From Dimorphilus gyrociliatus (taxonomy: Eukaryota > Animalia > Annelida): 64,000 nt of DNA. Below the pieces are notes generated by a model, which was given only the letters and a program-made list of their open reading frames with translations, was not told where the DNA came from and did not search any database. Both the position numbers and the translations under genes were made by a program. Below are positions 41,701 through 55,328 of this stretch, piece by piece (position 1 is the first letter of the stretch; each line of letters opens with the position of its first letter). Where the stretch lies: contig CAJFCJ010000019.1 in NCBI GenBank assembly GCA_904063045.1, forward strand, positions 1-64,000. Reading direction: 5' to 3'.

Positions 41701-44700
41701 GTGTCCATCAGATCTGTTATGGACTCATTTAAGTTCTTTGCCGAATCATCGATCGCTTCGTGGAACTCAAGAGGCGCATTAGCGTTACCGCCACACTCTT
41801 TAACTGTTTGGGCCAATTGTAAAGTACTCTCGACTACAGTTTTTGTCTCCTCCATCAATTGATAATATTCTTTTGAAGATTTGGCAGATACGGTCGTACA
41901 AGCTTGGACCAATGACCTAACAAGGTCTGCAACCGCTGCTAATTCATGACCTATTTGCTCAGGGTGATTGTGACCGGCTATCGCAGTAGATCTGACTTTA
42001 TCAGATAGCACTTTTGTGGTCCTTAGCATTAATTCGTCATTCTTTGAACGACTGCCTAGTCGTGGTCTTTCAGCGTTCGATACCGAATAGGCGTCGAGTT
42101 GTCGTAAAGCTCCACAAATTGCATCAATTGCCATGGCACTTTCTACTTGACCTGGAGCACTATCTTTCATTGATGTCATAAGATCCTTGAGAGAGTTTGA
42201 GACTTTACTACTCTGATTGGAATAGGGTTGAAACATCTCTGATTTCAACTCGGTCACTGCTAATTCTTTTGCGGCAACAACCAAATAACAAGCTTCGTCC
42301 AAAAGAGATGACGCTGCTGTTATAATAGGTTTTTGGACGGTTTCAGCATTTTTGGAAATTTTAGCACTTCGTGAAGTAAATAGTGGAGAATCGGCATAGG
42401 TCATTAATTGACTAACAGATCTGATCAAAGGTTCCGCTGCATTCGCACATAGATCACGATTTTCTTTAGTTGCTTTTGCGTCTAATTTCTTAATAGCTTT
42501 TACCAAACTTGCAGTAGCATTAGCGACATCTTTCGCCGATTGCACAAAATGTCTCTTCGCAACTGGATCAGAAGTCCTTTCAGACGCCTCTCTACACAAG
42601 GTACAAACTGTAGACGTATGTTTCGCAACATCGGTAGCCGCTGTTAATATCTGAAAAAGGTATTAAATTAGTTACTTTTCTAACTTTACAATTTAAATAT
42701 GCCTCTAAAATAGAAACATTACAAATTGAAGAAATAAACCAATCGAGAATAGTTAGATTAAAACTTATATAAAAGATCAGCACTTAAAATAGTAAAAATT
42801 TGCTCTTCTTAAAATACTATCGTGACCAATAAAGCTAGTAGCTTTTATATAAATAAAAACAATTTTAAAAAGTGAATTTTCCAATGCGATTCATGTTGGA
42901 ACAGATCAAGATAGAAAGCAATTGAATAGTCGTAACAATAATAATCATGATAAATATTATTTTAAAAAAATGATAATATATAATTGCGAGTTATAGTAAT
43001 AGTAATAATAATAATAATAATAGTAGAGAGAGAATTAGGAAAAGAATTGAATCATTTTTATGCTGACACATACCAACGCTCGTAGATCCTGTAAGCATAT
43101 TAAATAACTCTTTTTTTATAAATATCTCGAGGAAAAGGGCTATTTAATAATAATATATGAAATATTCTATTTCACAATAAAAATTGAGGTAAGAGTAGTT
43201 GAGCTCACCTGCTGCTGTGTAACACGTGCCGGACTGCAAAGGAGTTCACAGGCCTGTTGGATCGAATACGCCGATCTGGATAAATGGGCTTGATCAATAA
43301 TACCCCGTTTGCCGGGGGTCGATGACGGATCGGAGACAGCTAATATGTAAGCTGAGTGGGCAGCCAGTTCAGTAATGCTACAAATCGTTCCAGCGACACC
43401 TCGAATAGCTGCGCAAAAGTTTTCTGCTTCCCTACCATTAGCCGTTTTTGGTACAGACGACATATAACTACAAAGAGCTGATGCATATTCTCTCATTATG
43501 TGATCTAGGCACTCAAAATAAGTTGTATCTTTGAGTGGTTCACTTGGAGAGTCTAATAAATTCCTAGCCATATTTAAACGACTAAGAGCAGCATCGCATT
43601 CCTGCTGACCTGGGTGGGCGGCTGATTGTCTAACGGTGGTTATTAAACCACTAACGGATTCTGTAACAGCTCTGGCCGCCTGCATTAGTTGATTCTTTAT
43701 ATTAGGTGCGTTTGGTCTTGTCATAACTGATCGACCGGCTTGAAGTAGTCTTGATGAAGTGTTTCCTACTCCTCTAATGCCAGCGATTATATCTCTTTGG
43801 TGTTCTGCATCATCAACTGTACCCGCAACCATTATTCCTGCATTTGCTAGACCCTCATAAGCAGCGCTAAATCTCTTGGCTGAATTGGGTAAATCCTTGG
43901 TTGGAGCATATCTAGCTGAAGAGACTACGTCTGACGCAGCCTTATTAAGGGTGTTTGCTGAAGAATCTAGTTGTTTTTGTAATTCGGCTGTTTGGACTTT
44001 ACTCCTAGTAACCTTTCTACCAGTTAGCCGCTTTTCAATAACACATACTTGCTCAAGGGCCGTTTGCACATCTCTTAAACCAGGTAAGGAATTTACACAA
44101 TCTTCAAGAGCATGGTGTACATTACCAGCTGCTAATTTTAATCGATCGATCTTGGAACCATTCTTTGCTTCCTCAAGTAATTGACACGTTTCTTGTAGTA
44201 TAATTAACGCTTTATCAAGCATTTCATCACCTGAAAAAAAAATTTAATAAAGTTCTGTGATGGGAAGAAAATAGATAAGTCATACAAGTTTGTCTATCAG
44301 GTGCAGTTGCTGCAACTTCTCTTGCTGCCCGACAGAATCTACTCAATTCAGCAACGGAATCACGAGCAGATGAGCCGACGTGACTCTCGTTATTTTGCGA
44401 AGCCGCTGATAATAACTGAGCTATGGAACTGGCAACGGCCTTGGAGGCGTCAGCTAAAAGTTCGTTGGCTTCCTCATCGTTCTCTCTTGGTAAAGGCCGA
44501 AGAGCACCTGAGAAAATAAAACGGGACGTTATTGCTACAAATAAAAGAATTCTAATACAAACTTTGAGATGCCGCAATCTTAGTACCCTGTAAATCCGAT
44601 CTTAAAGAATAGAGGGTATTTAATGCCGCTTGAATTTCATCTGACACAAGACGAGGGAGTCCTGTATGAGCTGTAAGAGCAGCTTGTAACTCGGCTAATG

Positions 44701-47700
44701 CTTGCGATAAAGCGGAAGCAGCTCCTGTTAGACTAAGCGCTGAGCTTTCATTTGTAATAGTAGGTACCGATGAATTAGCACAATCAACCAGATTATTACC
44801 CTCTTCAAGGAGCAATCTGGAAGAATTAATCAAGGGATAATCATTCGATGGCGAGAGAGCTGTCTGTTGAAGAGCTTTCACAACGTCCGGAATGGAACTT
44901 TTACTAACGATCGAACATTGTCGGGCCAAAGCCTGATGGACGGAAGCATTACTTTGACTGCGGCTAGAGACCCGAGCAGCATTGCATAATTGAGCCAATG
45001 AATCAGCAGCATTACGAGCAGCAATCTCCAATCTTCTCAATGATCTTTTTGAAACACCTATATTTGCCACTGTTGTAGCTGTTCTAACATCCTCTGCGGC
45101 TGTCCTCAATTTACGTTGGTGTTCATTATTCTCTGGATTTAAAGCGCAGCCCTTGGCAGCCTCCACCATTCTGGCAGTTGCATCGGCTAACTGCTTAGCC
45201 GCTCCTAATAACTTGCGCTGTTCATCACCGTTGTTATCCGCCTCAGCGTCCGTTTTTAGAGCTGTTACTAGCTGTGACGTAGCCTTGGCCAATAATTGAG
45301 CTTGTCTTAAAGTCTCATTTTGATTCCTACCAACACTCTCATGTAATTTTTCAGACGCGTTGAGAATCGTTTCAACGGTATCTGTTTCATCTTCACCACC
45401 ATCTGCACTAGCTCCTTGAATGTGATTCATTAAATCGTGCAAAGTTCTGATAACGTCCACACCAGCCTCATTCAACTCTGCTAGCTTGTGCTCGTCGACA
45501 TCGTTACATCTTTTCGAACAGTCTGTTAAAGTTATCACGTGATCTCCAACTCGACTTGTTGATATTTCTAACTGCTTGGCGCATTGAGGAGAGTGCATAG
45601 TTGGAGCGAGAACTTTAGTACAAGCTACCAAGTCGGAAGCAGCTAAAGCGCATTGTGTTGCATTCTTAACGATAGTATCACGGGAGTTCTGATCCTTGGT
45701 AGAATTAGATACCTCCTTAGCCCGTAAAACAAGATTCGAAGTGGCGTTGGCTACCGCCTTAGCAATATTCATTAACGTATCCTCATAGGCCTCCAAATGA
45801 TGTACCTCCGAATATTTCAAAACATCAGTTGTCGATTCACCAATACGTGATGTGGCTTCCACAACATTCTGACGTGGCTGTCGGGGATATAGACGATAAT
45901 AGAGGAGGAAAGAATAGAAAATGGTTGACCATTATGCAAGTATATCTAGTTATACTACAAAAGAAAGTATTGGACACTGGGAATAGGATATATAAAAAAT
46001 TATAGATAACGAAATATGAAGCAAAATAAGTTTGGTGAGGTGATCTCGGTTCGTATATATCAGGAGCTTGAGGAGAACACCAGGAAAACAAAAACAATAG
46101 ATATAGACTTGCTTACCTTACTTAAAGCCTCGTAATACTTAACAACAACAAAACAATCCATAATTATTATTTATGTCCATGTACCATTTTTTTTAAAAAT
46201 GGAAGGAAAAATTTTTTTTTTAGAACCTACATAATCTAAGTTAACCAATAAAAGTAAACGAGTACTGCAGGATAGCTGCTGTACTGGCTTACTGATGCGA
46301 TGTTGCTTATACAGCAAGCATGCCTGGCATAATTTAATGAAACAATTTACCCGTAGATGGCTCTTCCTCTCCCCCAGTCTGACTAAATCTAACCTCTCGC
46401 TCACTTTTTAACTACCTTTACAGAATTTTTCTATCTAGACCTTGTTATCGAAATATTTTGCTTATACCCGATCATTATCTACATCTATGAGTACTTAAGA
46501 TATTCAAAGGATTTCTTATAAAATTAGAATAAGACCTTTTTAAATGAAAAATTTTAAAAATTCCACTAAATTTTTTTCTGATGTAGTATTTTCAATATAA
46601 AGAAGGAGCGAATAGTGATAGATAGTTATTATTCATAAAATGCACTTACCTCATCCGTTCCGGGCTGGGCTATCTTTAGCAAATCCGTAAAAGCGTCAGC
46701 TAGATTTTGAGCGGCGGATAATAATTTATCACCTTTCTCTTGATTATCATTCAAGGCAGCTATCGATTGTGCCCCACTACTCATCATTCTTACATTCGAC
46801 AATATGGTATTAATAGCCTCGCCCAATTTAGAATCATCTCTTGGTCTTTCACTATAAGCGCGCAATATCCTAGCTGTTGCTGCTGATATGGCGCTCATAC
46901 TTGCATGTATCTTTTGCTTAGACATTTCCAATTCTTCTCTCTTCCAGGCCAAAGATGCTTTATCATTTCCAATTTGTGGTATCTCGGCTCGCTGTCCGAG
47001 TTGCTGGCGGGCATCCTGTACCGCTCTTAATCCTAGATTAATAGTGCCCAGTAAGGCTCTTTGAGCTGCCGTTGTGACAACATTTTCGTCATCATATTCA
47101 CCGTCGGCAACACCGAAATTTGATATATGAACTCGTCGATGTTCTGTTTGATGTTGAGCTCCCGCCAATTGACCATGTTGGGCACTTTGTAATTGTTGGG
47201 CTGAACCAATAACGACAGGTTTGGCAACAGATGATAAGTCAGTATGCTGTTGTGTTGAATTCTGTTGTATGATCGTAGCTGATGACGGTGCAACTTCATC
47301 TTCGGCAATTACGACTGATACATCGCTATCATCTCCTGCGTAATCACCGTCTTTCTTCTTACGTATTATTATGTTTATATAGCCATTTATCAGATTAGCT
47401 ATCTTTTCACCTTCTTGAGTTTGAACAATATAGGGGTCAGCATAGTCACCAAAGTCTAGCATAAATCCGTGAGGAGTTCTTGCGTAATTTTTGACATGTT
47501 CCAAAGGCCAAGATTCTATCATTTCCTTAGTTTTTCCGTCCATTCTTAATACGGCATCTCTGGTAACACCGATAAGAATGGGTCTTAGCTTATTTTTTCC
47601 TTTCTGTTTCTCTTTAACTAAGAAGAAGGTTACACCGTAGGTCTTCAAAGAACGTGCCTCTTGAACATATTTACATTTCGCTTCTAACTCAGTTAGACCT

Positions 47701-49188
47701 CGGGCCTTCTTATGCTCAGCGAATACCTTCTTATCTGCATTTTTTGCTTTCACATATTCTTTAGGAAGAAAGTCCTTTAGTGAACTCCCAGAACGGGAAG
47801 GCTTTTCAGCTATACTATCTCCGAATTGGATCTGGCATTGTAGACCACCGAAGCGAAGAGCCTGTTCTGCGGTAACAGGATGTGCGCTCTTGATAATAGA
47901 ATCTCTTGTCTGAACGTATAATAAATTCAGCTGTATGGGATCGCGAACGTCAATGTTACGATCCGAGAAGAATAGTTTACGCTTAAGTAAAAGTGTTTCG
48001 TTATCGCCAACGCCCTGTTCTCTGAGTGTTTGATCGGATTCCAGCCAAGGAACTTCGTCTTCTGTTTGTAACTTTTTCTTCATCTTATCCAGCTTTTCCT
48101 GATCCCTTGCTATACTCTGCATATAAAGAAAATATATATACATACATCCCGCACATGTGGTGTAGATTTATGAATACAGTACACTGTATATAAAATCTAT
48201 CATATCGCCCACAGAAGCATTTAATTATTTATAAGATAATCTATTTAAAGTATTAATTAACATGAATTTTATAAACTTTTTGTATTAGACTGCGGCCAAT
48301 TGTAATAAATTAAAAATTACGTAATTGTTTAGGCAGTTAAATGCTTAGATCAACTATAAAAACTCGGTACTGTTATTTGATACGTAGAACAACAGAAGGA
48401 CGGGTGTGTTCGTATATTCGCTTAAATTACGAGATATTTTCTTATACCAGTACAAGTGAATTGTTTCTCTTTCTTTTTATTTTTTTTTCTCTTTTCATTC
48501 ATTCCCCTTTTCTGTCTATCATTCCCTCTTTTATTTTATCTCCCAAAACAGAGCAATCTAGGTAATTACAAAGCAAACAATGTGTTCAGCTTACAAACTC
48601 AACAAACCTGTCCTTTTCGTAGACTCATGAATTTATCTAGTTCCTCGTCTTTTAATTCACGAACAAGAGAATATTCATCGTGGTTTGCAATTCCAATTTT
48701 GGTGCATATCGGGACCATTAGATTTTGTACAGTTAATGTATCGTTCACTTTTAAACATTTTACACTTCCATCCAACATTCGAACTCTTAATAGGCGTATT
48801 TTACAGCGATAGTGAATATCATCCTGTTAGAAAAAAGAGAGAGAGAGATGAAAGAGAGGAAGTTTATAATTAATATAATTAATGAAAACGATTGCCATTT
48901 TTATATTGCTATAAAAAAATAATCGTTTTAATTCGTCCTTACCCCATTTCGCAACATATAATAGTCCAAATTACGTGAAGGATCTAACCATATTCCTTTC
49001 TTTTCGTCATCGTCCGGTAAAAACAGACCATAATCCTGGGCATTGATTTGTACATTCTGGGGCACTTGTCTGTTTACAGTCATACAGGCATCAATAACTT
49101 CGGTCGATGGATCGAATTTTAGAGTTGTATCTGCTATAACTTTGTTTTCTGCCCCAAGAATGTAAACTTTTAGCGATAAGGTCGCCAT
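38749..49188 (-). CDS. TLN: Talin, full length, about 2545 aa (exons 49188-48943, 48823-48608, 48116-46650, 45877-44563, 44507-44286, 44230-43209, 42650-40259, 39861-39737, 39381-38749)
   Basis: MATLSLKV F0 start, FERM head (RKLFFSDRNIDVRDPIQLNLLYVQ, KTYGVTFFLVKEK, LDFGDY), Ala-rich helical rod bundles, DWVDPDDP..AENEL, and the I/LWEQ domain FDEQILSAARSI. The summed exon length is close to vertebrate talin. The exon 4 donor at 44562 was chosen over 44586 by homology. Confidence 0.97.
43074..43088 (-). other. Candidate 15-nt talin microexon (DLRAL)
   Basis: atatgcttacag|GATCTACGAGCGTTG|gtatgt, inside a phase-0 intron (43208-42651). It preserves frame and contains no stop. Confidence 0.55.
46117..46137 (-). 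other. Candidate 21-nt talin microexon (YYEALSK)
   Basis: ttgttttgttgttgttaag|TATTACGAGGCTTTAAGTAAG|gtaagc, inside a phase-0 intron (46649-45878). It preserves frame and contains no stop. Confidence 0.5.
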
Positions 49189-49538
49189 GTCGGTGGTCTG
49201 TAAGGAATGATGCCGCCTCAATTGAATTACTTATATATAATAAATATTAATAACATTTTAGCATATCAGCTATTACTAATTCAGTTCCGTGGATAAATTA
49301 CATCGGATTTAGTAAACAACAAGCTCAATTCAATTAAAACAGACTAATTGAGGAGAGCCGATAGTTTTTCCAAAAAAGACTTACAATCAAATGTGAAATT
49401 GATTGAAAATCGCCGGCTGATCATTTACATAATTGCTAAAAGATCTTTAAGAATTTATATACAGGCTAAACATTGCAAAATAAATAATAACATAGATTAA
49501 CCTACCGAATGGATACAAAAATCCACCCTAACTTCCCT

Positions 49539-49599
49539 AAGATGGCGAGCTCTACTACTTTTAGAGTCAAGGAAATACCCTAAAAAGTCGCGCATGCGC
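49539..49599 (-). promoter_or_regulatory. Talin promoter motifs: YY1-type CGCCATCTT (minus strand, 49547-49539) and NRF1-type GCGCATGCGC (49590-49599)
   Basis: Exact motif matches about 350-410 nt upstream of the talin ATG. Confidence 0.5.
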
Positions 49600-49970
49600 A
49601 ATAATCCTAACGGAATCCCCCCTCCCACATGATAGATGGCGCATGCTGTTATCCATATCCGTATCGAGAAGTCTTATTTTTATCTCATCGTCCAAGTAAC
49701 ACACACCAATCTTTATATTGTAGCAGAAAGAAATCTTTATATTTTATTGATTTATCTTATTCAAATATATATTTAGTATATTTGGTAATTATGTTACTTT
49801 TTAAGTACTTTTATTATATAGTTATTACTTTAAAGAAAATATCGAATAAAGGCAATATTTAAAAAAGATTTTTTAACAAATTTATTCATATTAATATTGA
49901 CTCAAGTGAATATAATTAGGGAAACAAATGTAACTAATTAACAAAATACGTAAATTATTACTATTGAGTA

Positions 49971-51662
49971 TTATTTGGTTGCTAATATTATATCCCTTTT
50001 TGAGCTTTTCCCCATGCTTATGTATTCACATTTAGAAAAGCCAGCTTGGTAGATCATATCGAAATATTCACTTTTCGTCCTCTCTCTTCCCTTGTGTAAA
50101 GCCATCATACCCATATCGTAGAGAACGACATCTGTTGGTCCGCTCTTATCGTCTCGAAGAATTTTTTCCAAAATAAGAACAGATTGACCTATAAAAAGAT
50201 TATAAAAATTTTCAACTAGGTGACCGTATTAAAAGTTCACCTTCTTTTAGACAACCATGGAGATTAGACAGTAGTTTGCGTCCCATTTGATCTCCAAAAT
50301 CTACAAGAACGTGACTTAATATGTAGATTGCAGCTTCTGGAATTGTTGATTTATCGAAGAAATCACCTAAAGATAGAAAGAAAAAATTATTAAACTAGTA
50401 CCATAAGATAAATATTTGAAAAGTAATATGGGCAAAATAGACAAATGAACTAAAAATAGATTTATATACTGTATATAGAAGGAAAGAAAATAGTTATTCT
50501 TTTAAAAGCGTACCCGATTGAAATTTTAGGTTCGTCGAAGGTTGATCAGATTTTGTAGTGCAATTTATTGGAAAAGACTTGTCGAATACGACAAATTTTG
50601 TTGATGGATATTTCTTTGCAAGACATTTTGCTAATGTTCCATTTCCACCACCAATATCGCAGCAGACATCGATATTCTTTAGGAGATTCTGAACTCTAGG
50701 GTTCTGTAAAATAGCTTTAGCATCCATACTTGTCATCTTACTCATTACTGTGCCAAACTTTCTTGTGATCGTTTCTTGATTATTCACTTCTTTTACTTCG
50801 ACAAGTTTAAGCATACCTTTATCATCAAATATGCTATCGTTCGATTCTCCTGTTTTTGTTTTTTTATTTTTTCATTAGCTTATGAATATTTATGATATGT
50901 AAAATAGAGCGTTCAATTTTATATTTTTACACACCTCGGGAAAAATTGTATGCCAAGCGACCGAATGCTCTATAAAGCACTGGCATGAAATGGAAAAGGT
51001 CATTGAAAGGAAGCTTATTATCCTTCAATAAATGACCAGAGACTGTATTCTTATAGGTTGAAGCGTCTGTTTGTGAAGAGAATTGTGTCATATTAATTGG
51101 TTCATATTAGCTAGGTCACACTCTTTAAAAAATGAACTTTATCAATACTCACTTGTCTTTTTCAAAACTTTTAAGGATACACAAGCATTCAACAACCTTG
51201 AAACATTGCTCACCAATTCGTCTCTGTGCTTGTACTTTACTGAACACTCCAGACGGTCAGCAACCTCCCACGCAGCTAACTCTCCATCGCCAATAATATC
51301 GTTAATCTTCAAAACGACTGCAGTATGTACAATTTGACTATTCTGAAAGCCATTGAATAGATCTTGCAGACCCATGGCCGCATCAATCATATCTTTTCCA
51401 AAAGGCATAGGACCTCCAGCGTTAAAGTTCTTATTTCCTATTGGAACTTCTTCCTATTATTAATTGAACAAGAAGAATCAATAATACGCATAAAAACGAA
51501 CATAATAAAATAGAACAATCTTGTTTCACTGAAAATTCAGAAGAAAATAGAGAAACAATCAAAACTACGACACAAAATATATAAAAACAAATATCTTACC
51601 GGCATTTCTCCTTCGTTATTTTCTTGAGAGTCGACAATTTTAGTGCTATCTGTTGGAGCCAT
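49971..51662 (-). CDS. SAM-dependent class II O-methyltransferase (ASMT/plant COMT-like), about 391 aa (exons 51662-51600, 51453-51153, 51066-50935, 50849-50514, 50366-50241, 50188-49971)
   Basis: N-terminal dimerisation region (GFQNSQIVHTAVVLKINDII..RLLNACVSL), motif I CCDIGGGNG, FVVFD, GDFF, ILSHVLVDF, and GRERTKSEYFDMIYQAGF. Six in-frame GT-AG exons. Confidence 0.9.
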
Positions 51663-53580
51663 TTTTCCCTCGGTTTTAAAAAACTGAATGGTTTTAAAAA
51701 GCCAAGCAGAGCTTTTTATGCGGTAATGGTGATTGTTGATTGGTTAACAAAAATGTATATAAAACTATAAAGGTATCTTTTTTCAAGTACAAAACTCTAT
51801 GGTATATTTAGTATATTCCTTAAATTTAGGTCTTTTTTTTTCTTTTTTTTTATCCTCTAATAAGACACAAAAACATAAAAAATTGGCCAAAAGGAATTAA
51901 AGCCGTCAAAATTAAGAAACTGTTTTATGACTAATATAATTTTATATGTAATCTCATTTTATCTTGAAATTGTTTTACAGAAGAAAAAAAAAGAAATGTC
52001 TAAACTTTGACAGATGAATTGGCTGGGATTTTCTTTTCAAGTTATGTAATACTTGTTAAAAAAGTATGCCTTTTTGCCTTAATCTTCTCACGGTACTTAA
52101 TTGCAAATATATATATATATATATATAAAGGATAATAATGTATAAATTGATACACATTAATCCAAATTTAGATAAAGGGGTGTGTCACTATCTTAAAAAA
52201 AATAATAAAAAAAACCTTTTCTCAATGCTTAATAAAACAGGTTAAGTACATTCTCATCTTAGTTTCTTTCTTTTCTTTTATTGAGAATCTTATTATTAGC
52301 TATTGCTACTTCTCTTTAAATGTATTTTTCATCATTTATGATATTTTTTATTATTTATTAATTTAACTTATACTTTTTTATATAATAATTAGAATATTAT
52401 AAATATAGACTTCGTCTATTTATAACTTTAATAGGAGGTATGTTTTATTTTACAAAAAGTACAGCTTTTTTTTTTAATTATAAGCATAAATTGACAGATT
52501 GGTGTTAGGCAGCTAAGTTCTACTAAGAACAAATAGCGTCCTAAAAGTAGTATTCAAAGTCTGTCTTCCCCCAATAACCTTTAAATTTTTCGAATGAATC
52601 GAAAGTTGTAGGAGGCAAGGAAAGCGATACATATGTATTAGTGTAATACTTTAATATATATTAAAGTACTTAAAGATAGATAGACTGGTTCAAGCAAACT
52701 AGTTTTTAACCTGGCTCTATATTTCTTTTAGTTTCATTTTTTTTAGTTATAAAAAACAAAAGAACGGTTAAGTTGCAGTCAAATATACAGTATATGTTTT
52801 TGCTCTAGTTTCCGAAAATTTTTATTTTTTCGGATATTTTGCAATTCTTATTCCGAGTAGTAAAGTTCAAATTGTACCATTCGCTGTCCACGCGATGATG
52901 TTAATGAATATTCATCTGTTTTCATTTTCGGAAGCAACTTCCTTTTATACTTCCCATGTGTATGAGCCAAAACAATATTGCCGTAGATGTAAAAACTACT
53001 TCCGATAGCTTTCGTTTGACTTGCTGATAGTTACGCATAAGAAATTAGAGACGACTACTGTCTTCCCTTTTTTTCTTAAACATTGTTTATAAAGATATGT
53101 GTAGTCAATTAGTTTTCAATACCAACCCACTAAACTGTCGGACTTATTTAAGGCCTTAAATTAAGTTTTATGTTCAAGGTTTTTCTATTACGTAAAAGTG
53201 AAATGTACGAATAAGCATATTTCGCATACAAATCAAAAAAAAAAAAAGAATAACTCTATAGATTAATTTTATTAGGGTTTTTTGTTAAAAAACAAAATAA
53301 AAACAGTGACCTTTTAAAATACTCTTCGAACCTATTTGAAAATAGAAAGAGAGCACTTTAATAATTTATCAAAATAGTTAAAAATAGTCTATAAAAAAAG
53401 TTCTCTTCTATTAAAATAAGATATATACATTTTTTTTTGCATAGATCTGCAAAAATTCTAATGAAACAAGTAATAGAATTAATACAAGTTTCAATTATTT
53501 TCTTTTTTTTTTTACCAATTTACTTTGACATTATTCAAACAAACAAAAAATGCCCTTTTAACAACAATACAGAAAAAAAG

Positions 53581-53640
53581 AATAATAAGAGGTTAAATAT
53601 ACAATGAAAGAATAACTGGGTAAGTATTTTGTTTTTATAT
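53581..53640 (+). repeat. Copy A of a diverged ~60-bp direct duplication ending in a splice donor; probable non-coding 5' exon
   Basis: aataataagaggttaaatatacaatgaaagaataactgg|gtaagtattttgtttttatat resembles 56281-56340. Confidence 0.55.
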
Positions 53641-55284
53641 TTTCTTATGTCTTCTATTCAGATTTCTTAGAGTGTTTTTTTTATATACGTAGCTCTTTTT
53701 TTTATTATTTAAGGGTATACGTTTAATTGTTTAATTCTAGACTGTAAATGATCGTAGGAGTAAGACGAGATTTAGATATATATTTATATATTTATATATA
53801 TATATATATATAATCTCTAGGAAAAATGTCCTTTTGGAAGACTTCTAGGCTAACAAGAAAATAAGAACATCTGCTAAATTTGAATTTATCCTTGTACTTT
53901 ACAGTTTTAAAGAGAGACATGCATTCATATTTTTCATTATTATTATTATCTTTAATAAATCTATCTATATGAATACTTTTTTTTACTAGGATGATATAAT
54001 CATTTCAATTTGTAATAGTCCAATTTTTTCATTATTTCTTTCATCTCTATTTCATAATGCTTATTCAAACATTTTCAAAGTTTTCCATTTAATTCAATTC
54101 AAGTAAAAAGTAGATACTGAATAAGAAATGAAATTGGCTCTTCTATATGAAAAACAATTCAGTGAGGGGGAGAAAAAAATTCCATTCTAACCTTTATGAT
54201 TTTGAACTTGTTACAGTTTACTTATTTAAGCATACTAAAAACTAGGGCAAAGAGTGTACAGATATCAATTTTTTAATAAAAATTCTATAATTAGAATATT
54301 ATAACAATGGTCGGTATTTTTTTTTAATTAAGTAATATTGATCATATAAAATAGAAATGATAGAAAGTGTTTGTCAGAATTAAACAAGTTCAAGGTTATT
54401 AAAAGGGAGCGAAGATCAATAAGAAAAGGTTGAATAGAACATTTCAATATTCCTGCAAATGGAAAAAAAATGTTGAATAAATTATATGAGTCAATATGTT
54501 AAAAATAGTTTAGTTTGATGGAAAAAGAAAACGGAAATAGAATAGGTAAATTTTGAAATAATTCTATAGATTCTATTCTAAATATAAAGTTGATTTTCAG
54601 AATGAAATTATTTAATGAATTGAATGAAAAAAATTGATTAGATTGATTTTTTTAATGTTTTTTCTTTTCTAGTAGAAAAATGTAGAAAGTTCTGATTAAG
54701 TTAGAATTCATTGGGAAAAGGAAACGATTGTATAAATTGGTTAAATATAGAAAATATTCCCTTTAATATGATAAAATTTTAATTTGTAATTGAACAACCT
54801 ACAAATAGAATTCCTTGATTTTAAAACTTCTTCTCAGAATAGGTTTTGGCCTGTAATGATACTCTTCGATGAAGTAAACTATTTGTCAATCAATATAATT
54901 ATGCAACCATCCGTTGAAAAGGACCAGGAAATTGGTGACAGTATTCAAATGAGGATAAAAAAGAGAATATACACCCCCAAAGAACTTTAAAGAGCAAATG
55001 AAAAAAGGTGTATTTAGATTGCATTGTATAAGATAAAATGAGATAAGAAACAAATAGATAAAATAAAATTTGTACTTGAAGTCATTCAATCACGTAAAAC
55101 ATGGTTTATTTAATTATTTAACATCTTTTTATTTAAAAATTCTTGTGGTTAGAGATAATAATAGTGAAAAATCAAGATAAATCATTTTGTAATAAGGCTA
55201 AAAAAAGTAGTTTTATATATTATAAAAGGTTTTCATTGGAATATAAAATTCAATATATATGTTAAGTCCATTAATGTCATTTTC

Positions 55285-55323
<39 letters not shown>
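55285..55323. repeat. (CT)n microsatellite
   Basis: Directly visible, with one interruption. Confidence 0.9.

Positions 55324-55328
<5 letters not shown>

Noticed and set aside
46261-46330. Imperfect hairpin in the talin intron (GCTGCTGTA...TACAGCAAGC); possible pre-miRNA
   Set aside because: Only the outer 9 or so pairs are good, the inner stem has many mismatches, and I recognise no known miRNA.
52860-53060. Stop-interrupted hydrophobic minus-strand frame vaguely like a receptor fragment
   Set aside because: It has several stops and no diagnostic motif, so I cannot support a pseudogene call.
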